Below are positions 1-7,911 of a stretch of 64,000 nt of DNA, in pieces. The stretch's first letter is position 1. Every line of letters begins with the position of its first letter. This DNA comes from Oscillospiraceae bacterium (GTDB lineage Bacteria; Bacillota; Clostridia; Oscillospirales; CAG-272): NCBI GenBank assembly GCA_015064685.1, contig SVRT01000007.1:5361-69360 (forward strand), given 5' to 3'. The translations under genes and the position numbers were made by a program. Under the pieces are notes generated by a model. The model did no database searches, had not been told where the DNA came from, and was given only the letters and a program-made list of their open reading frames with translations.

Positions 1-356
1 ATATCATTGATGCGGTTGATACAGTGTCTGCCAAGCTCGAAATAATATGTCGTGCGGATGCTATCAGTGTTCCGGTAATCTCGGCTATGGGGGCAGGAAA
101 CAAGACCGATCCTACTATGTTCGCCGTTTCGGATATCAATAAAACAGAGGTGTGCCCCCTGGCGCGCGTAATTCGTAGAGAGCTGAAGAAACGAGGTGTC
201 CGCAAGCTCAAGGTAGTTTACTCGAAGGAAGAGCCCGTTAAGAGCGAGCATGCGGAATTTGAAAACGAAAAGGCTGTGCCCGGAAGTCTTTCGTTTGTCC
301 CGTCGGTTATGGGACTGATAATAGCGGGCGAGGTAATTAAGGATCTGATTAAATAA
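1..356 (+). CDS. tcdA: ThiF/MoeB-family tRNA threonylcarbamoyladenosine dehydratase (TcdA-like), C-terminal part; 5' end lies outside the window
   Basis: Frame 3 is open from position 3 (IIDAVDTVSAKLEI...). The segment PVISAMGAGNKTDP...VCPLARVIRRELKKRG...VVYSKEEP looks like the C-terminal half of TcdA/CsdL-type ThiF proteins. Stop at 354-356. Confidence 0.65.
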   Translation, partial: IIDAVDTVSAKLEIICRADAISVPVISAMGAGNKTDPTMFAVSDINKTEVCPLARVIRRELKKRGVRKLKVVYSKEEPVKSEHAEFENEKAVPGSLSFVPSVMGLIIAGEVIKDLIK

Positions 357-378
357 AAAGTAACGTAACGGAGCAGTA

Positions 379-1398
379 ATGAGTATAAAAATTGGAAACA
401 CAGAGTTGAAAAACGGAATATTTCTTGCTCCGATGGCGGGATTTACAGACTATGCCTTCAGGCTTATCTGCCGTGAGCACGGAGTGGAATATACCGTTAG
501 TGAGATGGTGTCCGCAAAGGCACTTTGCTATGAGCAGGTCGGTAAAAGAAGCGAGTGCAAGACCGCGCCGCTTGCAACTGTCAGAAGTGAAGAGATGCCT
601 ATGGCAATCCAGCTTTTTGGCAGTGAGCCGGAATTCGTTGCACGTGCTGCGAGCCTTATTGAAAGCCGCGAATACAGAGGATGCCTATCCGATGCATCTC
701 CTTCAGCAATAGATATAAATATGGGCTGCCCGATGCACAAGATCGTTGGAAACGGCGAGGGAAGCGCGCTGATGAAAGATCCGCGCCTTGCCGCAAGTAT
801 TGTGACAGAGACTGTCAAGGCTCTCAAAAACACTCCGGTAACTGTGAAGATACGTGCCGGGTGGGATGATGAATCTAAAAATGCTCCGGAAATGGCTAAA
901 TATCTTGAGGGGGCGGGAGCTTCCCTTATATGTGTTCATGCCAGGACCAGGGAGCAGATGTATAATCCGGGAATTGATATTTCAATAATTGAAAAGGTAA
1001 AAAGAGCCGTGAGCATCCCGGTGATCGGAAACGGTGATATTTATTCTGCGAAGGATGCCGCGGATATGATCGATAGGACCGGATGCGACGGAGTAATGAT
1101 AGGACGCGGTGCGCTCGGTAACCCATGGATATTTGAAGAGATAGCCGCTTTTTTGTCGGGAGAAAAATTTGATCCTCCCTCTCTTGCACAGACGGTAGAT
1201 ACTTGCTTGCGACATATTGAGATAATGCGCGAGGATAAAGGCGAATATACCGCATCTGCCGAAATAAAGAAGCATGCGGCGCTTTATATAAAGGGAGTGC
1301 GCGGTGCAGCATCGATGCGAGATGCAATCATGAAGACACGATCGACGTCAGAGGTTGAAGAAATACTTAACGGGCTAAAGAGCAGGAGCGAGGAGTAA
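379..1398 (+). CDS. dusB: tRNA-dihydrouridine synthase B
   Basis: 339 aa. N-terminal LAPMAGFTDYAFRLICREHG, TIM-barrel flavoenzyme blocks (IDINMGCP, VKIR, HARTREQ, GNGDI, GVMIGRGALGNPWIF). RBS-like GGAGCAG upstream. Confidence 0.9.
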   Translation: MSIKIGNTELKNGIFLAPMAGFTDYAFRLICREHGVEYTVSEMVSAKALCYEQVGKRSECKTAPLATVRSEEMPMAIQLFGSEPEFVARAASLIESREYRGCLSDASPSAIDINMGCPMHKIVGNGEGSALMKDPRLAASIVTETVKALKNTPVTVKIRAGWDDESKNAPEMAKYLEGAGASLICVHARTREQMYNPGIDISIIEKVKRAVSIPVIGNGDIYSAKDAADMIDRTGCDGVMIGRGALGNPWIFEEIAAFLSGEKFDPPSLAQTVDTCLRHIEIMREDKGEYTASAEIKKHAALYIKGVRGAASMRDAIMKTRSTSEVEEILNGLKSRSEE

Positions 1399-1399
1399 T

Positions 1400-2056
1400 A
1401 TGAGTCTGTTTGCAAAGATCATCACAGATGATAAACGCTTTGAGAGAATGCTGGCATTGGAGCTTTCCGACCGCGAGGTCGAGGTTCTGGAGGATACACG
1501 GGCTCATGAGCGTCATCTGTCAAAGAAAAACTTTTACACATTGGTCGACTTGGATTTTTGCCACGAGGATGATCTTTTGGATCTTTCAGTTTACTCAAAT
1601 GTGATAGGATTTTCACATGCTTATCAGGATCTTAATAACGAGAATCTGAAGGTGTGCCTTGCGGTACTGCACCGTCCGTTTCTGATGGAAGAGCTCTTTT
1701 CTATCATTTTCAGTGAAGGCAAGCCAACCAATCGCAGATCTACCCGACCGATAAAGACGGAAAAACGGCAGGTCAGAGATAAAAAGGGCTATCTTTGGAT
1801 AGATCATTCATCGAAAAAAGCGGTGTGGGACAACGAGGGAATAGCGCTGAGTGACAGTGAATACAAGGTGCTGACGCTGTTGTGCGAAAAAAGAGGAGAG
1901 GTTGTAAGCAGAAGCGAGATTTCTGAACTTCTTGGTGCTATTGAAGGAAATATCTCTGACGTTTACATATGTATGCTCCGCAGAAAGATAGATAACCGCC
2001 TTGGTGTCAAGCTGATATACACCGTGCGCGGTGAAGGATACACATTGAAAAATTAA
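1400..2056 (+). CDS. OmpR/PhoB-type winged-helix transcriptional regulator with an atypical or degenerate receiver domain
   Basis: 218 aa. C-terminal LSDSEYKVLTLLCEKRGEVVSRSEISELL...MLRRKID...YTVRGEGYTL is a trans_reg_C winged helix. The N-terminal part keeps IITDD, LVDLD and GFS but has RP instead of KP. ATG is 1 nt after the dusB stop. Confidence 0.75.
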   Translation: MSLFAKIITDDKRFERMLALELSDREVEVLEDTRAHERHLSKKNFYTLVDLDFCHEDDLLDLSVYSNVIGFSHAYQDLNNENLKVCLAVLHRPFLMEELFSIIFSEGKPTNRRSTRPIKTEKRQVRDKKGYLWIDHSSKKAVWDNEGIALSDSEYKVLTLLCEKRGEVVSRSEISELLGAIEGNISDVYICMLRRKIDNRLGVKLIYTVRGEGYTLKN

Positions 2057-2084
2057 AACCGTTCGATACTTCGAACGGTTTTTG
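2055..2084. terminator. bidirectional intrinsic terminator between the regulator gene (+) and murE (-)
   Basis: Perfect 10-bp stem AACCGTTCGA/TCGAACGGTT (2057-2066 / 2071-2080), 4-nt loop, A-run upstream and T-run downstream. Confidence 0.7.
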
Positions 2085-2086
2085 GT

Positions 2087-3607
2087 TTATATTTTAAGAT
2101 TTGCAAGATCGGTATGCTCAAGGATCTTTCTTTCCGAGAAAGGGATCCGTTTTCCCATTATGAGCTGATAGGTTTCGTGGCCCTTGCCCGCAAGGAGAAT
2201 ATAGTCTCCGTCTTGCGCGATCTCGTATGCTTTTTCGACAGCTTCGCGTCTATCTTTTATTGTGTATACGGTTTTGTCCGTATCTCCCACCGCTTCACGA
2301 ATATCGGCAATTACCTTTGAAGGATCTTCGTTGTTTGGATTGTCCGAGGTAATGATAAGAACGTCTGCACACCTTTCTGCGACCCTGCCGAGCTCCGCAC
2401 GGCGCTCAAAGGTTCGTCCGCCAACACTTCCAAACACACAAATTATGCGATTTGGATCGTATTCTCTTAGTGAGCTTATCACAGCTTCAAGACTTGCCCC
2501 GTTATGTGCATAATCTATGATAAAAAGAGAATTGGGCTTTGAATAGAGCTTCACTGTTTCAAATCTTCCGGGAACAGAAAGTGTGGCGAGGCATTTTATT
2601 ACGTTCTCGAGCTTTATACCGAGAGTAAGGCATATCGAGATGATCAAGAGACCGTTTTCTACGCTATACAGTCCTGGGATCGGCATAAACACGTCGTAAT
2701 GCTTATTTGGCTTTATCAGGCTTTTATCACTTGATCTCAGTTCAAAGGAGATTCCGGGAATGATTCCGTTTTTCAGCTTTATTGCTTTTGTTGCAGACAA
2801 GGTGCAATTTTCACGTCCGTTGGCTGACGTGGTGATAATATTATTGCATCTGCAATCCGTGATCATTTCAGAGCAATGAGAGGAATCGGCATTTACGATT
2901 ATGCATTTTACAGGATAATCGGTGAAGAGCTTCTTTTTTGATGCTACGTAATGATCGATATCCGGATGCTCGAATTTTCCGATATGATCTCTGTAAAGAT
3001 TCGTAAATGCGCAGGCCTCAAACTCAAGTCCATGCGTGCGCTCTTGCCAGAGTGCCTGAGAGGAGACCTCAAGGAAAACAACGCTGACTCCGTCATTTCT
3101 CATTTCTCTGAGAGACTTTTGAAGCTCCAGAACGTCGGGCGTTGTATTTGCGGTCTCAAATTCCTTTCCGTTATAGTAAATGCCGTTGGTTCCTATGTAT
3201 CCCGCACTGATGCCGTTTGCGAGTGCTATTTTATACGAGGAGATCGCAACGGTCGTTTTTCCCTTAGTGCCTGTGATACCTACGATCTTCAGCTCCTTTG
3301 CGGGATCGTTGTAAAATAAGACAGCGAGTTTTTTGAGCGCATCCGAGGAGCTTGGTGTGATGATCACTGCGGCATCGTCGGGAATATTCAGCTCGCGCTC
3401 GGCAATGAAAATTCTCGCACCATTCGCGTAAGCATGAAAGGCATATTCGTGACCGTCGGAAAGAGCGCCTTTTTTACAAAAGAATGCGCATGTGGGAGTT
3501 GCTCGCCTTGAGTCGTGACAGAGAGATAAGATGACTCTTCTTTTCATCGCATCGGGAATTTTTGCCGATGTGACGTTTATGTTGTTTAGTATATCCTGTA
3601 TTTTCAT
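2087..3607 (-). CDS. murE: UDP-N-acetylmuramoyl-L-alanyl-D-glutamate--diamino acid ligase (MurE)
   Basis: Mur ligase P-loop GITGTKGKTT, DYAHNG, GGR motifs. Start chosen at MKIQDILNN (ATG 3607), because the longer 559-aa ORF adds a non-homologous extension overlapping the upstream gene. C-terminal substrate motif reads DNPN. Confidence 0.9.
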   Translation of the reverse strand: MKIQDILNNINVTSAKIPDAMKRRVILSLCHDSRRATPTCAFFCKKGALSDGHEYAFHAYANGARIFIAERELNIPDDAAVIITPSSSDALKKLAVLFYNDPAKELKIVGITGTKGKTTVAISSYKIALANGISAGYIGTNGIYYNGKEFETANTTPDVLELQKSLREMRNDGVSVVFLEVSSQALWQERTHGLEFEACAFTNLYRDHIGKFEHPDIDHYVASKKKLFTDYPVKCIIVNADSSHCSEMITDCRCNNIITTSANGRENCTLSATKAIKLKNGIIPGISFELRSSDKSLIKPNKHYDVFMPIPGLYSVENGLLIISICLTLGIKLENVIKCLATLSVPGRFETVKLYSKPNSLFIIDYAHNGASLEAVISSLREYDPNRIICVFGSVGGRTFERRAELGRVAERCADVLIITSDNPNNEDPSKVIADIREAVGDTDKTVYTIKDRREAVEKAYEIAQDGDYILLAGKGHETYQLIMGKRIPFSERKILEHTDLANLKI

Positions 3608-3608
3608 A

Positions 3609-3974
3609 TTATTCGTTGCTCTCAAAGTAAGAATTGATTTGTTTTGCGGGTATGATAACATATAATTGCTCAAGCTCTGCGCGGTATTTTGAGATGAAAA
3701 CCGAGTTGTGATCCTCGCAACAGATGAGCAGAGGGGTTGAATACTCGCGCATATCACGCACGGCATCCTGAAGAGTCAGAAGTATTATTGATTCCTCATC
3801 GGATGTCAGTCTGCGGTGCTTGAATCGTATTCTGTTAATAAGAGAAAGCTTTTGCGAAACAACTGTTACCGCAAGAGAGGTTTTTTTCCTTATTTGCTTT
3901 GCGGCAGTGATCGATTCTTTACAGTCACCGAGAATAATCGGAGCTGCGTAATCATTTTCAAAGTAGCTTACCAT
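3609..3974 (-). CDS. hypothetical 121-aa protein; resembles only the N-terminal (pre-ATP-grasp) part of COG3919-type ATP-grasp enzymes
   Basis: ORF with its stop 1 nt before the murE ATG. The pattern PIILGDC..ITAAKQIRKK...V and PLLICCEDHNSVFISKYRAELEQ recalls the Rossmann-like N-terminus of ATP-grasp ligases, but no ATP-grasp domain follows. Confidence 0.45.
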   Translation of the reverse strand: MVSYFENDYAAPIILGDCKESITAAKQIRKKTSLAVTVVSQKLSLINRIRFKHRRLTSDEESIILLTLQDAVRDMREYSTPLLICCEDHNSVFISKYRAELEQLYVIIPAKQINSYFESNE

Positions 3975-4126
3975 TTCACCCTCGTAAATACGTCGTTATT
4001 TGAATTATACCACATATTTCATTATTTTTCTACTGAAAAAGAAAAAAATTGTCTATTTTGGCTTTTGTATTGAAAAAAAGTGAGAAATAGTTTATAATAC
4101 AAGCAGAAAAATTTGTGAGGTAAGAA

Positions 4127-4732
4127 ATGAAAAGGGAATCTGTTTGTAGGATTTTTTCGAATATTCCAACGCTATCGACCGAAAGGATAATTATGCGAAA
4201 AATAACCATAGATGACGTTGATGATATGTATGAGTATTCCAAGGATTCGAACGTTACGAAATATTTGACCTGGTCTCCTCACGCCGATATGGTGTATACG
4301 CTTGAGTACGTGAACTACCTTCAGTCGAGATACAGATCTGGCGATTTCTATGATTGGGGCGTAACGCTCAAGGAAAGCGGGAAAATGATTGGCACCTGCG
4401 GTTTTACGCGATTTGATTATGCTAATAATTCTGCGGAGATCGGATATGTTCTTAACCCGAGATTTCACGGATTGGGCATTGCTACAGAGGTTACGGCAAG
4501 GGTGATAGAATTCGGATTTGAGACGCTTGGACTTAACAGAATAGAATGTAAATTCATGATTGAAAATGCCGCCTCACGCAGAGTAATGGAGAAGAACGGT
4601 ATGACCTTTGAGGGAGTCAGACGCGAGGGAATGCTTATAAAAGGAGAATACAGAAATATAGGTGTTTGCTCAATACTGAAAAGCGAGTATAATTGCAACA
4701 AAGGTAATCCAAATTGCAAAAAAGGAAATTGA
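4127..4732 (+). CDS. GNAT family N-acetyltransferase (RimJ/RimL-like)
   Basis: 201 aa. LSTERIIMRKITIDD...AEIGYVLNPRFHGLGIATE...LGLNRIECKFMIENAASRRVMEKNGMTFEG is the Acetyltransf_3 pattern. GAGG RBS upstream. Confidence 0.85.
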   Translation: MKRESVCRIFSNIPTLSTERIIMRKITIDDVDDMYEYSKDSNVTKYLTWSPHADMVYTLEYVNYLQSRYRSGDFYDWGVTLKESGKMIGTCGFTRFDYANNSAEIGYVLNPRFHGLGIATEVTARVIEFGFETLGLNRIECKFMIENAASRRVMEKNGMTFEGVRREGMLIKGEYRNIGVCSILKSEYNCNKGNPNCKKGN

Positions 4733-4786
4733 TTTATTGATTCACAGTGATATAATGTACTTAATATTTCATTTTGGAGGCGTTTT

Positions 4787-6487
4787 ATGGGGAAATGTTA
4801 TGGGGTGGATATTGATAAAAAGCGAGAGGCGCTCCTGAATAGCGAAGCGGCAAGACGGATTTATTCTCCGATCATCGAAAAAGCCGATGCAGCACTTACT
4901 AAGACCTATCCTGCGCTCAAAATGAGCGACTACATGATGTACGAGGAGACGGGAGATCGCGCGGTTTTTGAAAAGGGTTACTTTGAGAGAAGAAACGATT
5001 GCTCGTATATTCTTGTTGCGTATTGGCTGACCGAGGATGAAAAATACAGAAAGCCGCTTATTGATCTTATCTGCATGATGTGTGATGAATTCACTTGGTG
5101 CCTTCCTGCACACATTCATACCGATCCTCTGCCCGGAGGATATCTTTCAAGCTCGGGTGTTGTTGATCTTTTTGCAGCAGAAACGGCAAGATTACTTGCA
5201 GATATATGTGAAGTTGTTGGTGATAAGCTTCCTGATTTTATACACGAGCGTATTGCGTACGAAATCGATCGCAGAATAACCAAGCCGCTTTTGAAATGGA
5301 AATTTTGGTGGCAGAGATGTACGCACAACTGGGCGGCTGTATGCGCCTCGGGAAGCGCACGTGCGGTTATCAAATTCGCCAAAGATGACGAAATAAAGGC
5401 TCTCATACCCATGTTTGAGACTTGTATGGAGCATTTTCTGTCGGGATACAAGGATGACGGATGCTGTCTTGAGGGATTTGCATATTGGAGATACGGCTTT
5501 GGATATTTTGTTATATACGCCGATTTGATGCTTGAATATACAAGTGGCAGAGTTAACTATTTTGAAAATGAGAAGGTCCGAAATATCGCGATGTTCCCGC
5601 AAAGAATAAGGATGGGCAAGGGAAAGACCGTGTGCTTTTCAGACGGTGTTAACGATTTTACTATCGGATCGGGCATAATCTGCTATTTACGTAAGCAGTA
5701 CGGAGATGCGGTTCAGTACCCGAGCATTGAATATCTCGGGCACAAAGGCAACGTTTTTTCTATAAACGAGCTTTTGTGGTTTGATGCGGAATATAAGGAA
5801 GACGAGTTGAGTGATGCGACCGAGATTTTTGAAGGTGCACAGTGGTATATAACTCGCCGCAAAAATTACAGTTTTGCCGCAAAGGGCGGTCACAATTATG
5901 AGCCGCACAACCATAACGACGTAGGAAGCTTTATGATAGTTGCATCGGATGACACGGTGCCGCTTGCGGATATAGGAGCTGAAAAGTACAGAAAAGAGAC
6001 GTTTACGCTTGATACTAGATACAATTTGCTCAATCATGCGTCATGGGGGCACAGTGTGCCGATTATTAACGGTTGTGGCTATCAGGTCTACGGAAAGGGA
6101 TATGAGGCGAAAAACGTTAGGTGCGGAGAAAATACGTTTTCACTTGATATTGAAGGCGCGTATGAAGCAGGGATAATTGAGAAGATCCACCGAGAGTTTG
6201 AGCTTTCTGATAAGTGCGTGGTTTTGAGGGATAGCTTCGAGTTTTCGGATAAAACCGAGTATGTGACCGAGAGGTTTGTTTCTTGGGATGAGCCCCAAAT
6301 TGCCGCATGTGTAGTTTCGGTGGGAAACGCAAGTGTCAACTTTGATGCGAATCGATATTCGGTTTCCTATTCAACCGCCACCTACAGATCACATAAAGGT
6401 AACGAGCCGGTTAAGGTCTATCTCATAGATTTCAATGGTAAGGATGAGAAGGAAAGCTGCTTTGAATTTGAATTTAAAATGAAATAA
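4787..6487 (+). CDS. heparinase II/III-like (polysaccharide or oligosaccharide lyase family) protein, no signal peptide
   Basis: 566 aa. C-terminal block GGHNYEPHNHNDVGSF typical of the heparinase II/III C-terminal domain. Alpha/alpha toroid-like N-terminal half with W/Y-rich blocks. GGAGG RBS 7 nt upstream of the ATG. Confidence 0.75.
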   Translation: MGKCYGVDIDKKREALLNSEAARRIYSPIIEKADAALTKTYPALKMSDYMMYEETGDRAVFEKGYFERRNDCSYILVAYWLTEDEKYRKPLIDLICMMCDEFTWCLPAHIHTDPLPGGYLSSSGVVDLFAAETARLLADICEVVGDKLPDFIHERIAYEIDRRITKPLLKWKFWWQRCTHNWAAVCASGSARAVIKFAKDDEIKALIPMFETCMEHFLSGYKDDGCCLEGFAYWRYGFGYFVIYADLMLEYTSGRVNYFENEKVRNIAMFPQRIRMGKGKTVCFSDGVNDFTIGSGIICYLRKQYGDAVQYPSIEYLGHKGNVFSINELLWFDAEYKEDELSDATEIFEGAQWYITRRKNYSFAAKGGHNYEPHNHNDVGSFMIVASDDTVPLADIGAEKYRKETFTLDTRYNLLNHASWGHSVPIINGCGYQVYGKGYEAKNVRCGENTFSLDIEGAYEAGIIEKIHREFELSDKCVVLRDSFEFSDKTEYVTERFVSWDEPQIAACVVSVGNASVNFDANRYSVSYSTATYRSHKGNEPVKVYLIDFNGKDEKESCFEFEFKMK

Positions 6488-6579
6488 ATCCAAAGTAATG
6501 AAAAAGGGAATCGAACCTATTTCCAAATTCGCTATGCGAATTGTGGAGATTGGTTTCTCATAAGCCCGTTGGGGATGCC

Positions 6580-6614
6580 AAAAAGGGACAGTCGCAAAGC
6601 GGCTGTCCCTTTTT
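6580..6614. terminator. bidirectional intrinsic terminator shared by the heparinase-like gene (+) and tRNA-Arg (-)
   Basis: AAAAA-GGGACAGTCGC-AAA-GCGGCTGTCCC-TTTTTT; G/C-rich stem flanked by A-run and T-run. Confidence 0.75.
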
Positions 6615-6689
6615 TGGCACCCCCAACGGGAATCGAACCCATAACTAACCCTTAGGAGGGGCTTATTATATCCATTTAACTATGGAGGC
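6615..6689 (-). tRNA. tRNA-Arg (anticodon CCT)
   Basis: The reverse complement folds as a cloverleaf. Acceptor GCCTCCA/TGGGGGT, anticodon stem AGCCC/GGGTT with loop CT-CCT-AA, T-arm ATGGG-TTCGATT-CCCGT, discriminator G and encoded CCA. Confidence 0.85.
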
Positions 6690-6784
6690 GTGCAAATATT
6701 TAATTTGTTCTTCGTGTATTATATCATATTTGTTTTGTTTTTTCAAGTGATATATTGAATTTTTTGATTTTTATTTTTTAAGGG

Positions 6785-6813
6785 TTGAATTTTTGCAAAA
6801 TGGGTAGTATAAT
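6785..6813 (+). promoter_or_regulatory. sigma-A-type promoter for the alpha/beta hydrolase gene
   Basis: TTGAAT (6785-6790), 17-nt spacer, TATAAT (6808-6813). Confidence 0.5.
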
Positions 6814-6870
6814 GTCTTTAGCGGTGGGCAGACGCCGAAATTTCATTTTTACAAAAAGGAGACGCATAAA

Positions 6871-7905
6871 ATGGAAAAGGGATATCTTGATGTTGAGAAT
6901 TTACACCTGCTGGTTAAGGAGACTAAGCCTTCCATGACTTGGGACGGTAAGCAGGATCCTGCTGAATGGCAGAGTGCTGCGAGGGAGAAGCTTTGTGAGC
7001 TTTTGGGTCTTGCTGAGATAGAAAAGAGAAGTACCGATCTTAAAATGGAGATCGAATACGACAGATATTCCGAGGATCTCGGTTGCCGTGAAATAAGATT
7101 TATCTTTGAAACCGAAAAGGGCGTTACCGTTCCTTGTCATCTTGCTATTCCGAACGGTGCGGACAAGCCTCTCCCCGTTGTTATCTGCTTGCAGGGACAT
7201 TCAAGGGGAATGCATATTTCTCTCGGAAGACCGAAATATGACCGCGATCACGAATCGATCGCAGGTGGAGACAGAGACTTCGTTCGTCGCGCCATCAAGG
7301 AGGGCTGCTGCGCCATTGCTCTTGAGCAGAGATGCTTTGGTGAGAGAAGCTCAAAGGTCGATTCTGCAACCGATTGTCGATTTAATGCAACGAAGGCTCT
7401 TCTCATAGGAAGGACACTTATCGGCGAACGCGTTTGGGATATTATGCGCTGTATCGACGTTATCGCAAGAGATTTCGCGGATATTGCTGATCCCGAAAAG
7501 GTTATCTGTCTTGGAAATTCGGGCGGCGGTACTGCAACAATCTACGCATCCGCGCTAGATAAGAGAATAAAGATTTCGGTTCCTTCATGCGCCGTCTGCG
7601 CATATGGCGATTCTATCGCTGCAGTTCCGCATTGCGAGTGCAATTTTGTTCCCAATATTGCTAAATATTTTGATATGGGAGATCTCTGCGCGATGGTTGC
7701 TCCCAGACCCTTGATAGTTGTCAACGGCAAGGATGATACTGATTTTCCGCTTTATGCGGCTAAGGCTTGCGTTGAGGTTGGTCGCAGAGTATACGAAGCG
7801 ATGGGTGTATCGGGCGAGCTTGTACACGTAATAGGCGGTCAAGGACATCGCTTCTACGCTGACGATGCTTGGCCTCACATAAACAGAGCTATTGAGAATT
7901 TGTAA
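6871..7905 (+). CDS. alpha/beta hydrolase (esterase, dienelactone hydrolase/acetyl esterase-like), cytoplasmic
   Basis: 344 aa. Nucleophile elbow GNSGGG, later D and H (GQGHRF) consistent with a Ser-Asp-His triad. GGAG RBS. Confidence 0.75.
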   Translation: MEKGYLDVENLHLLVKETKPSMTWDGKQDPAEWQSAAREKLCELLGLAEIEKRSTDLKMEIEYDRYSEDLGCREIRFIFETEKGVTVPCHLAIPNGADKPLPVVICLQGHSRGMHISLGRPKYDRDHESIAGGDRDFVRRAIKEGCCAIALEQRCFGERSSKVDSATDCRFNATKALLIGRTLIGERVWDIMRCIDVIARDFADIADPEKVICLGNSGGGTATIYASALDKRIKISVPSCAVCAYGDSIAAVPHCECNFVPNIAKYFDMGDLCAMVAPRPLIVVNGKDDTDFPLYAAKACVEVGRRVYEAMGVSGELVHVIGGQGHRFYADDAWPHINRAIENL

Positions 7906-7911
7906 GGAAAA

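Noticed and set aside
3608-3766. N-terminal extension of murE (559-aa ORF version)
   Set aside because: The extension has no Mur ligase similarity and overlaps the upstream ORF. MKIQDIL at 3607 gives a normal-length MurE. Similar extensions were rejected for thrS (17183-17287, which runs through the T-box terminator), frr (19946-20134), uxaB (34698-34865), the lipoprotein (15854-16012), the Gfo gene (46735-46812), the kinase-like gene (62417-62506) and the DUF4430 gene (62984-63049).
6495-6580. A second tRNA gene or tRNA pseudogene left of the terminator
   Set aside because: Only a 12-16-nt T-arm-like match and an inverted acceptor-end copy are present. I could not fold a cloverleaf with a 7-nt anticodon loop on either strand, so it is kept as a finding (possible scar), not a feature.
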